From Bryobacteraceae bacterium (GTDB lineage: Bacteria > Acidobacteriota > Terriglobia > Bryobacterales > Bryobacteraceae): a stretch of 32,000 nt of DNA. Positions 17,221-25,118 of this stretch are shown here, piece by piece. The translations under genes and the position numbers were made by a program. The stretch is taken from the NCBI GenBank assembly GCA_035638575.1, contig DASQZT010000132.1:1-32000 (forward strand). Direction: 5' to 3'. Within the stretch, counting starts at the first letter, position 1; each line of letters starts with the position of its first letter. The notes below the pieces were generated by a model. That model was not told where the DNA came from. It searched no databases and saw nothing but the letters and a program-made list of their open reading frames with translations.

Positions 17221-17754
17221 CTACTTCTTCTGCGCTCGCAGCCACTTCTCCAGCGTCGCAGTCTCCTCGGGTGTCATGCGTGGAACAGCCTTGCCGAGCA
17301 TCGTCAGGAACCAGTCGATCTCGAATGGCTCGACCGGGTGGCCGATGTTCCCGCCGGGCTTGCCGCCCTCCCCCGGCCGGATCGAGTTCACGATCAGCGT
17401 GCCCTGGGCATCCAGAAACGCGAAAAACGGCAGCCCGGACGGGCCGCCGAGGCGGGCCATCAGTTGATCGCCGCCGGGTGTGTTCAGCGCCTTCTTCTCG
17501 CTGGTTTCCTGCACGGCGAAATGAACCGTGACAAAGTACTTCTCGAAGATCTCTTGGATGCCGGGGGACTCGATGAACCTATCGAGTTGCTTGCACCATC
17601 CTCACCATGAGGCGTGAAAAATGGCGAAGACGGCGCGCTGGCCCTCGGCCGCCTGTGCCTTGGCCTGGTCGAGTAGAGCGGACGAGGAGGGCTGCGTCTG
17701 CGCGCCGGCCAGGACGGCGCCCAGCAGCACGCCGGCCAGAATCCTGCGAGTCAT
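17221..17754 (-). CDS. Candidate selenocysteine-containing thioredoxin-like protein (Sec at TGA 17602..17604, residue 51), exported
   Basis: MTRRILAGVLLGAVLAGAQTQPSSSALLDQAKAQAAEGQRAVFAIFHASW-U-GWCKQLDRFIESPGIQEIFEKYFVTVHFAVQETSEKKALNTPGGDQLMARLGGPSGLPFFAFLDAQG...WLRAQKK*. Track ORFs 17602..17838 and 17221..17514 are in the same frame, separated only by the TGA at the expected first Cys. Confidence 0.8.
17556..17601 (-). promoter_or_regulatory. Candidate bacterial SECIS element
   Basis: Directly 3' of the UGA: GGAUG-GUGCAAGCAA-CUCGAU-AGGUUC-AUCGAG-UCCCCCGG-CAUCC. Apical stem 6 bp perfect (17569..17586) with loop AGGUUC; lower stem GGAUG/CAUCC. Confidence 0.65.
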
Positions 17755-17901
17755 CGATGAATACGACGTCACAGCCACATCATAACCCCATTTCCCGCTC
17801 CGGCCCGACCGTGTTCTGCCAACAGGGTTTGTTTTCAATCAATTGCGCTTGAGGCCGAGAAAAAATCCCAATCGGCCGGTAAACGGTCCCGCGGCGGGAA
17901 A

Positions 17902-17982
17902 GCGCTTTTTCATCCGTCCCGGTGACGGCCCCGGGGCCGTAAAGTTGCGTCACCCAGGGGTGGCTTATCTTGAAAAACGCGC
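17902..17982. ncRNA. Unassigned structured element in the divergent intergenic region (possible 5' UTR element; strand unclear)
   Basis: Outer inverted repeat GCGCTTTTTCA (17902-17912) with TGAAAAA(C)GCGC (17971-17982), 11 bp with one bulge, enclosing the palindrome ACGGCCCCGGGGCCGT (17925-17940) and CACCC/GGGGTG. Confidence 0.35.
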
Positions 17983-18294
17983 TCCACACCGGGCACGGTT
18001 CTTCCGCCCAGAATCCGAGCACCGGAACTGGCCCCCCGCTTAGCGCAATTTCACCCAACCATGTCCGGGATTTTCACCCATCCTGACAACCGCCGAGTTC
18101 CGCACCCAACTGCTGGATTTTCCAACATACAGAAAACAAAAGGTTTCGTTGTCCGATTTCCGTACACCCGGGTTTGGACTGGTGTGTGCTTTGGTGTTGT
18201 AGCCCGGTAGCTTTACAGCATTTCGCCCTGGGAGGGGTGTTTTGCCAGTCTCGGGAGCTCTCGCGGTCAAGCTTTCTTGGAGTGGAGAATCGGT

Positions 18295-20493
18295 ATGCGG
18301 ATTCCTTCGATAGTTTTCGCGGCAGGCCGTTACGCCCTGACGTTCGTGATAATCGCCGGCTCGGTGCTTCTGATGAGCGCACCGAAGAAAAACAGCTTTT
18401 CCAGGTTCGACAAGGCATATTACGCCGATCCCGCCACGGTGAATTTCGTGCTGCCGGGATTTGCCATCTCGATCGTCTCGGCCAAGATCGGGACGGACGG
18501 CACCATCAGTGTGGATTACAAGATCTCCGATCCCACGGGCCAGCCCCTGGATATTGCGGGAATCGTCACTCCCGGCGCGGTCTCGGTGAGTTTCCTCGCG
18601 GCGTATATCCCCGCGGGGCAGCAGCAGTACGTGTCGTACGCCAGCCGCATCTCGACCAGCATCAACGGGAAAGTCACCGCCACCCAGGCTGCCGCGGACT
18701 CCGGCGGCACAACGCAAGCCTCCAGCCTCGGCGAGTACGTCTACACCTTCAAGCAGAAGGCCGTGACCGCGGCGGGCGCGCCGTTTGATCCGAACGCCAC
18801 CCACCGCATCGGGATTTACGGCAGCCGGAACCTCACCGAATTCGACCTCGGCACGGACTACGCTTCCGCCACCTTCGACTTCGTGCCCGCCGGCGGAAAG
18901 CCCTCTCCCCGCGACGTCATCCGCACCGCCTCCTGCAACAAATGCCACGACCAACTGGCCTTCCACGGCGGTTCGCGCCGCGGCCTGGACCTGTGCATCA
19001 TGTGCCACCAGCCGCAGACCTCCGACCCGAATACCGGCAACACGCTGGACATGAAGGTGTTCGCCCACAAAATCCACATGGGCAGCAGCCTCCCCAGCGT
19101 GCAAGCCGGCACCCCTTACCAGGTTGTCGGGTTCCAAAACGCCGTTGCCGACTGGTCCACCGTGGTCCTGCCTTCCGACGCCCGGCGATGCGCCTTCTGC
19201 CACGAGTCCACTACCGGCGCAGCGCAAGCCAACGCCTGGCTTCAGAACCCCAACCGCGCCGCTTGCGGCGCCTGCCACGACGATGTCAACTTCGCCAGCG
19301 GCCAGAATCACGTCAATCTCCCCCAGGTGGACGATAGCCAGTGCAGCCAGTGCCACATCCCCAAGGGCGAACTGGAATTCGACGCCTCCATCATGGGCGC
19401 GCACACCATCCCCACGCAGTCCGCCACCGCGCCGGGCATTAATCTCACCATCGCCAACGTGGCCAACGGCGTCGCCGGCAAGGCGCCGACGGTGACCTTC
19501 ACTATCCGCGACAATTCCGGCGCCGGCATTCCCATGAGCGCCATGACCGGCGGTAACAACCGGCTGTACCTGGTGATGGCCGGCCCCACTTCGGACTACG
19601 GCTACACCAGCTTCGGTTCCGATGTCACCACTCCGGGCTACGTTTCCGAAAACGTGGTTCCCACGGCCAGTTGCAGCAACGATGGAACCTGCTCCTACAC
19701 TTTCACGCACTCCATACCGGCCAAGGCCACCGGCACCTATTCCATCGGCATCGAGGGCCGCCGCGGCATCACCCTGCTGCCCGGCACCACCCAGCAGATG
19801 ACCACCGATTACGGCGCCATCAATAAAGTCGTGAATTTCTCCGTGGACGGATCGCCGGTAGTGCCGCGCCGCACCGTGGTGAGCATCGCCAACTGCAACG
19901 GCTGCCACTCGTTCCTCTCGCTGCACGGCGAAAACCGCAACCAGATCGAGATGTGCGTGCTGTGCCACAACCCCAGCGAGAACGACCTCTCGCAGCGGCC
20001 CAGCGCCGTGGTAACCGCGTATAGGACCCTGCCGCCGCAGAGCGTCAACTTCGCCATGCTGATCCACAAGATCCACACCGGCGACGTGATGAGGACCCAG
20101 TACGGAACCGACTACATCGTCGTGGGATTCGGCGGAAGCACCAACGACTTTGGCGCTGCGTTCGCTACCGTCCCGGCTGCCATTCCCAACACCGGCGTCC
20201 GCTTTCCGGCCATGACCCCGATCGGCGGCATTGCCGACACCGCCAAGTGCTACATGTGCCACGTCAACAGTTCGGAAACGGTGTTCCCCATCGGCAAGAA
20301 CAACGTGGCCGATACGCAGGGCCCCTTGAATCCGGCGCCGGCCACTACTTCGGCCTGCACGGCTTGCCACCAGAACCTATCGGCGCTGGCCCACGCCGTA
20401 GCTCAAACCGATCCCAGGTTCGGCGAGAGCTGCGATGTGTGCCACGCCGCCGGCGCGGCTTTCGACGTCGACCAGGTGCACGCCGGAAAGTGA
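18295..20493 (+). CDS. OmcA/MtrC-type decaheme c-type cytochrome
   Basis: Ten CxxCH motifs in two groups of five (CNKCH, CIMCH, CAFCH, CGACH, CSQCH // CNGCH, CVLCH, CYMCH, CTACH, CDVCH) separated by a beta-rich domain. Confidence 0.9.
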   Translation: MRIPSIVFAAGRYALTFVIIAGSVLLMSAPKKNSFSRFDKAYYADPATVNFVLPGFAISIVSAKIGTDGTISVDYKISDPTGQPLDIAGIVTPGAVSVSFLAAYIPAGQQQYVSYASRISTSINGKVTATQAAADSGGTTQASSLGEYVYTFKQKAVTAAGAPFDPNATHRIGIYGSRNLTEFDLGTDYASATFDFVPAGGKPSPRDVIRTASCNKCHDQLAFHGGSRRGLDLCIMCHQPQTSDPNTGNTLDMKVFAHKIHMGSSLPSVQAGTPYQVVGFQNAVADWSTVVLPSDARRCAFCHESTTGAAQANAWLQNPNRAACGACHDDVNFASGQNHVNLPQVDDSQCSQCHIPKGELEFDASIMGAHTIPTQSATAPGINLTIANVANGVAGKAPTVTFTIRDNSGAGIPMSAMTGGNNRLYLVMAGPTSDYGYTSFGSDVTTPGYVSENVVPTASCSNDGTCSYTFTHSIPAKATGTYSIGIEGRRGITLLPGTTQQMTTDYGAINKVVNFSVDGSPVVPRRTVVSIANCNGCHSFLSLHGENRNQIEMCVLCHNPSENDLSQRPSAVVTAYRTLPPQSVNFAMLIHKIHTGDVMRTQYGTDYIVVGFGGSTNDFGAAFATVPAAIPNTGVRFPAMTPIGGIADTAKCYMCHVNSSETVFPIGKNNVADTQGPLNPAPATTSACTACHQNLSALAHAVAQTDPRFGESCDVCHAAGAAFDVDQVHAGK

Positions 20494-20609
20494 CCCTCGG
20501 GCGGTAAGTGTAGTTCGGTGTTTCGGTAGTTCGGCAGTACCGTACGGCCACCGGGCGGGTCCATCCGCGCCCGGTGGCTCGATGCTTTTTTTGCTAGCTG
20601 GAGGATTCA

Positions 20610-20816
20610 ATGCGGATTGCTTCTCCGGGTTTCGGGGTCGGCCGTTATCTCGCGGCGGTCGCCGGGCCGCTGGCTTTGTTGAGCGCGGCTAAGAAGACCG
20701 GATTCACGAAGTACGACAAGGCCTATTATGCCGATGCCGCCACGTGGCACACATCGCAGCTCTCGCCGAACTTGGGATCGGTTTGTTCCACGGCGTGGGC
20801 CAGCGCAGGGCAGTAG
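20610..20816 (+). pseudogene. Truncated duplicate of the OmcA/MtrC-like gene 5' end
   Basis: MRIASPGFGVGRYLAAVAGPLALLSAAKKTGFTKYDKAYYADAATWHTSQLSPNLGS parallels MRIPSIVFAAGRYALTFVIIAGSVLLMSAPKKNSFSRFDKAYYADPATVN; no heme motif before the stop. Confidence 0.65.
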
Positions 20817-20831
20817 ATTACAATTTAAGAA

Positions 20832-21866
20832 ATGACGACCTTCTTCCCGCTGTTCGGCCTGGGAACGGACAGGGCAAATTGTGCGGCGCGTCGCGCCCGC
20901 GGGGTGCTGAGCCCCCTGGGCCCGGCGGCGCGGCTGGCCGTTTTTGGGGCCGTATTTTTTATCGCAAGTGCGTGGGGCGCCCAGGAACAACAGGCGGCTC
21001 CCGCTCCTCCTGCCAAGGACTCCAAACCGGCGGAATTCGTCGGTTCCGAAACCTGCCAGGCGTGTCACGAGGACATCTTCAATGCCTTTCAGAAGAACCC
21101 TCACCACCTGGTGGAAACCGACAAGAAACGCGGCTGGGAAACCAAAGCCTGCGAATCCTGCCACGGCCCCGGAAGCAAGCACGCCGAGAGCATGAACGCG
21201 GCCGACATCCAGAATCCCGCCAAGCTCAGGCCCGCGGAGACAGACAAGGTGTGCCTGACGTGCCATCTGAATCAACCCACGCACGTGGGGCGTATTAACA
21301 GCAGTCATGCCAAGAACCAGGTGAGCTGCGTTGCCTGCCATTCGATCCACAAGAACGGGCCCAACGGCCTGGTGGAGCGCAAGGCCGCCGGCGTCAACCA
21401 GCTGTGCGCCAAATGCCACGCCGACGTGTGGGCCAGTTTCCAGAGGCCGTACCGGCACCGGCTGCCCGAGGGCGCCATGGCCTGCGTGGATTGCCACAAC
21501 CCCCACGGAAGCCTTCTGCCGCGTTCCATTCAGACCGCCAACGCCAACGAACCCGGCTGCTTCAAGTGCCACGGCGACAAGCGCGGGCCATTCGTGTTCG
21601 AGCACGCTCCGATGCGCCTCGAAGGCTGCGCCGCCTGCCATGAACCCCACGGCTCCGCCAACCCGCGCATGCTGACCCGGCACGAAGTGCGCTTCCTGTG
21701 CCTGGAGTGCCATTCCAACGTGCCCGGCCCGAAGCTTCCCGCCAACGGCACGCTGGCCACCGCGCCGCCGGGCTTTCACGACCTGCGCGAGCCGCGCTTC
21801 CAGAACTGCAACCTCTGCCACCAGAAGGTGCACGGCTCTTACGTCGACCGGGGGTTAACCAGATGA
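20832..21866 (+). CDS. DmsE/MtrA-like decaheme c-type cytochrome
   Basis: Ten CxxCH motifs (CQACH, CESCH, CLTCH, CVACH, CAKCH, CVDCH, CFKCH, CAACH, CLECH, CNLCH); FVGSETCQACHEDIFNAFQKNPHH and CVDCHNPHGS are typical of the DmsE family. Confidence 0.88.
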   Translation: MTTFFPLFGLGTDRANCAARRARGVLSPLGPAARLAVFGAVFFIASAWGAQEQQAAPAPPAKDSKPAEFVGSETCQACHEDIFNAFQKNPHHLVETDKKRGWETKACESCHGPGSKHAESMNAADIQNPAKLRPAETDKVCLTCHLNQPTHVGRINSSHAKNQVSCVACHSIHKNGPNGLVERKAAGVNQLCAKCHADVWASFQRPYRHRLPEGAMACVDCHNPHGSLLPRSIQTANANEPGCFKCHGDKRGPFVFEHAPMRLEGCAACHEPHGSANPRMLTRHEVRFLCLECHSNVPGPKLPANGTLATAPPGFHDLREPRFQNCNLCHQKVHGSYVDRGLTR

Positions 21867-23929
21867 GATTGCGATTGGCTCTGATTCTGATCGGCGCCGC
21901 CGTCGCCGGCGTTGCCTTCGGCCAGGACGCGCCCGAGCAAGCTCCCGCCCCGCCAGCCCAGGCTGCCAAGCCGGCGCAGGCCGCCACACCGCAGGCCCCC
22001 GCACAGCCGGACCAGGCCCCCGCCAAGACCGAAGCCAAGCCCGCCGAAAACCCCGCGCCCCCCGCCGCCGAGCAGTGGATCTCCGGGAGCCTCGATTTCG
22101 GCTACCGCTGGCTGACCGATATCCACGGCAGCTCCGACGAATACCGCAGCGTCGTGAACCTGGGTGAAGGTCCCAAGCTGTTCGGTGTGGACCTCACCAT
22201 CCAGGATCCCAACAAGCGCCTGTTCGACCGCATCGACGCGCAGGCCTACGGGTGGGGCGGCGACCCCAACAACACCGCCCGCGTCAACGCGCGCAAGCAG
22301 GGTGTTTACGATTTCACTTTCGACTACCGCAACATCGCCTACTTCAACGCCGTCCCCTCGTACTCCAACCCGCTGGCGCCCGCCGGGTTCGACCAGCAGT
22401 CGTTCGACATCCACCGCCGCATGGCCGGCTTCCATCTGGACGTGTCGCCGGGCAAGCGCTTCAGCACGTACGTCGATTACGAACGGAACTCCGGCTCTGG
22501 CCACGGCATCGACACCTGGGTGCAGGATGCCAACAACTCGTTCGCCGTTCCCACCACCTTCCGGGATGGCACCGGCAACGCGCGCTGGGGCGAACACATC
22601 GAGTACAACCGCTTCCACTTCACGCTGGAGTTTGGCGACACCTCTTTCACGGACGACCAACAGGCCAACTGGAGCGGGATCAACCTGGGCAGCCGGACCA
22701 CGCCCCTTCCGTTCGGGGCGGCCAGTTCCTTGACCGGCCTGTCGCAGGCTTACGGCGTGCGGGGATCGGGCACTTACGAGAAGGGCCTGTTCACCGCTCG
22801 GCCGGCCTCCTGGATCGATGTCTACAGCCAGTTCCTCTTCAGCCAGCCGAAGACCACGGTGAACTATCAGGACCTGGCTTACGGCAACTTCGAGAATGCC
22901 GCCGCGCTGCTGCTCTATGTCGGGCAGTCGAACCTGGGCACCGGCGCGGCCATTCAGCCGCACGTCTCCGGTAATGCCGGCTTCGAGCTGCGCCCCATGC
23001 GCAGGCTGCGTGTCATCGAATCGTGGATGACCGACCGCTTCCACGACGCCTCCTCTTCCCTGGTCACCCAGCAGCTCCTGCTGGGCGGCGCCGGCCCCAA
23101 CCAGAACCTCCAGGCCGCCCTCAATTACGGCCAGTACGTCAACTACAACCAGCAGCAGACCGACGTGCTGTTCGACCTCACTTCGAAGATCACCCTGCGC
23201 GGCGGCTTCCGCTACATCTGGGGCGATGCCTCGGTCCTGGCCGGCGAGCTCAGCCAGTTGGGCACCCTCGTCTCCGGCCAACTGAGCCGCACCGTGGGGC
23301 TCGCGGGGCTGACGTTCCGCCCGTCGCAGAAGCTCTCGGTCAACCTGGATTACGAAGGCGCCTCGAGCGACCGGATCTACTTCCGCACCAGCCTGAACGA
23401 GTACAGCCGGGCACGGGCGCGGGCCCGCTACCAGGCCACCACCTCGCTGATGTTCCAGGCCAACTTCCAGGTGCTCAACAACCAGAACCCCGCTCCGGAC
23501 ATCAAGCTCGACTTTGAGAGCCGCAGCAACTCCCTGGCCGTCTACTGGACTCCGGCGAGCGCCAAACGCATCAGCATGATGGGCGAATACGACCGCTCCA
23601 CCCTCCGCAGCGACATTCAATACCTGGGGCTGTTCCTGGCGCCCGGCACCTCGTCGTACCGCGACAACGCGCATACGGCGAGTTCCGCCATCGACGTGGC
23701 CCTCCCCGGCTTGAATGGGGCGAAGCTCACGCTGGGCGGATCGCTGTTTCTCTCCGCCGGAAGCCGCCCGACCCACGACTATCAGCCGCTGGTCAAACTA
23801 TCGCTTCCTCTCCAGAAGCACGTATACTGGAACACCGAGTGGCAGTATTACGGCTTCGGGGAGTCGTTCTACTTATACGAGGGTTTCCGGACGCACATAT
23901 TCCAGACCGGACTCAGGGTGACCAGATAG
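21863..23929 (+). CDS. MtrB/PioB-family outer-membrane beta-barrel
   Basis: Signal peptide, Pro/Ala/Lys linker, then ISGSLDFGYRWLTDIHGSSDEYRSVVNLGEGPKLFGVDLTI..., repeated amphipathic strands; ATGA overlap with the upstream cytochrome. Confidence 0.85.
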   Translation: MRLRLALILIGAAVAGVAFGQDAPEQAPAPPAQAAKPAQAATPQAPAQPDQAPAKTEAKPAENPAPPAAEQWISGSLDFGYRWLTDIHGSSDEYRSVVNLGEGPKLFGVDLTIQDPNKRLFDRIDAQAYGWGGDPNNTARVNARKQGVYDFTFDYRNIAYFNAVPSYSNPLAPAGFDQQSFDIHRRMAGFHLDVSPGKRFSTYVDYERNSGSGHGIDTWVQDANNSFAVPTTFRDGTGNARWGEHIEYNRFHFTLEFGDTSFTDDQQANWSGINLGSRTTPLPFGAASSLTGLSQAYGVRGSGTYEKGLFTARPASWIDVYSQFLFSQPKTTVNYQDLAYGNFENAAALLLYVGQSNLGTGAAIQPHVSGNAGFELRPMRRLRVIESWMTDRFHDASSSLVTQQLLLGGAGPNQNLQAALNYGQYVNYNQQQTDVLFDLTSKITLRGGFRYIWGDASVLAGELSQLGTLVSGQLSRTVGLAGLTFRPSQKLSVNLDYEGASSDRIYFRTSLNEYSRARARARYQATTSLMFQANFQVLNNQNPAPDIKLDFESRSNSLAVYWTPASAKRISMMGEYDRSTLRSDIQYLGLFLAPGTSSYRDNAHTASSAIDVALPGLNGAKLTLGGSLFLSAGSRPTHDYQPLVKLSLPLQKHVYWNTEWQYYGFGESFYLYEGFRTHIFQTGLRVTR

Positions 23930-23938
23930 GAGACAGCC

Positions 23939-25045
23939 ATGTTAACGGTTCGAGTGATTGCCGCGGGTGCGCTGTGGGCCTCGAGCGTGCTTGCCGCCAC
24001 CATCATTCCGGGTGACGCGCGCCGCGGCGAGGAGCTGTTCACCAGCGAGCAGTGCATCCAGTGCCATAGCCTGAACGGCAAGGGCGGCGCGCTGGCGCCC
24101 GACCTGGCGCGCCGCGTGGACCGCGAGTTCACTCCTTCGGTGATGGCCAGTCTCATGTGGAATCACGCGCCCGACATGTGGGCCGCGATGAAGAAGCAGG
24201 GCATCGTCAAGGGCACGCTGAGCCAGGAAGCGGCGGCCGACCTGTTCGCCTATTTCGTTTCCGCGCATTATTTCGAAAAGCCGGGCGACGCCGGGCGCGG
24301 CAAGCAGATCTTCGCCGCCAAGCACTGCGCCGGGTGCCACGGCATCGCCACGTCGAACGCGGCAGGCGCGCCTCCCGTGGCCAAGTGGGAGTCGCTGGCC
24401 GATCCCATTGTGATGGCGCAGCAGATGTGGAACCACGGCGCGCAGATGCGCGGCGCCTTCTCCCAGAAGAAGATACCCTGGGTGGCGCTGACCGCGCAGG
24501 AACTCACCGATATGCTGGTGTACCTGCAAAACCTGCCGGAAACCCGCCACCTGGCGCAGAATTTCGAGTTCCCGCCGACGAATTCGGGCGAGTCGCTGTT
24601 CCAGAGCAAGGGCTGCGCGGGCTGCCACAAAGGCTCGCTGGCGCTCGAGAACCGCCTGCACAACAAGACCCTGACGGAGATCGCGGTGGACATGTGGGAC
24701 CACCAGCCCAAGATGAAGAATCCGCCGCCCACGCTCTCCCAGGAGGAGATGCGCCAGCTCCTGGCCTACGTCTGGGCGCGCCAGTATTTCCGCGGCGAGG
24801 GCAACAGCGGCCGCGGCAAAAAGGTGTTCTCCGAAAAGAGCTGCGCCACCTGCCACAACGACGCGTCGAGCGGAGCCCCCACGCTGAGCAAGGGCAAGGA
24901 CGCCTACTCGGCCATCACCCTGGTGTCCGCGCTGTGGGAACACGGGCCGCGCATGCTCGACCTGATGGGCCGCAGGAATCTGCCCTGGCCGCGCTTCACC
25001 GCGCCGCAGATGTCCGACCTGATCGCCTACCTGAACTCGCTGTAA
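23939..25045 (+). CDS. Four-heme cytochrome c built from four mono-heme repeats
   Basis: CIQCH, CAGCH, CAGCH, CATCH, each followed by (M/L)W(N/D/E)H..(P/A).M (MWNHAPDM, MWNHGAQM, MWDHQPKM, LWEHGPRM). Confidence 0.88.
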   Translation: MLTVRVIAAGALWASSVLAATIIPGDARRGEELFTSEQCIQCHSLNGKGGALAPDLARRVDREFTPSVMASLMWNHAPDMWAAMKKQGIVKGTLSQEAAADLFAYFVSAHYFEKPGDAGRGKQIFAAKHCAGCHGIATSNAAGAPPVAKWESLADPIVMAQQMWNHGAQMRGAFSQKKIPWVALTAQELTDMLVYLQNLPETRHLAQNFEFPPTNSGESLFQSKGCAGCHKGSLALENRLHNKTLTEIAVDMWDHQPKMKNPPPTLSQEEMRQLLAYVWARQYFRGEGNSGRGKKVFSEKSCATCHNDASSGAPTLSKGKDAYSAITLVSALWEHGPRMLDLMGRRNLPWPRFTAPQMSDLIAYLNSL

Positions 25046-25095
25046 GGGTGGGGCAGGCTTCAGCCTGCCAACGTTTCTCCCCTTGACGCAAGTGA

Positions 25096-25117
25096 TATAG
25101 TGATATATATCACTATA
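25096..25117. promoter_or_regulatory. Putative operator: 22-bp perfect palindrome
   Basis: TATAGTGATATATATCACTATA, ending 1 nt before the GTG start of the GntR gene; an additional GTGATATAG half-copy overlaps on the 5' side (from 25092). Confidence 0.75.
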
Positions 25118-25118
25118 G

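Noticed and set aside
17221-17838. Simple pseudogene or frameshift explanation for the split thioredoxin-like gene
   Set aside because: Both halves are in one frame, the only interruption is TGA at the exact first Cys of CxxC, intervening residues are protein-like and a SECIS-like hairpin follows. Not fully excluded without resequencing and a sel gene search.
17902-17982. Calling this element a c-di-GMP-I (GEMM) riboswitch
   Set aside because: Only the GACGCAA segment and general layout resemble the family; the GGCAAACC/GAAA tetraloop features are missing, so it was left unassigned.
18060-18290. Possible riboswitch around GTTGTAGCCCGGTAGCTTTACAGC upstream of the decaheme gene
   Set aside because: No consistent stem set or recognised consensus could be built by eye.
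18040-20370. 776-aa minus-strand ORF antisense to the decaheme cytochrome
   Set aside because: Gly/Val/His/Arg-rich shadow frame; the plus strand has ten CxxCH motifs and clear coding sequence.
21839-23776. 645-aa minus-strand ORF antisense to the MtrB-like barrel
   Set aside because: High-GC shadow frame without recognisable motifs.
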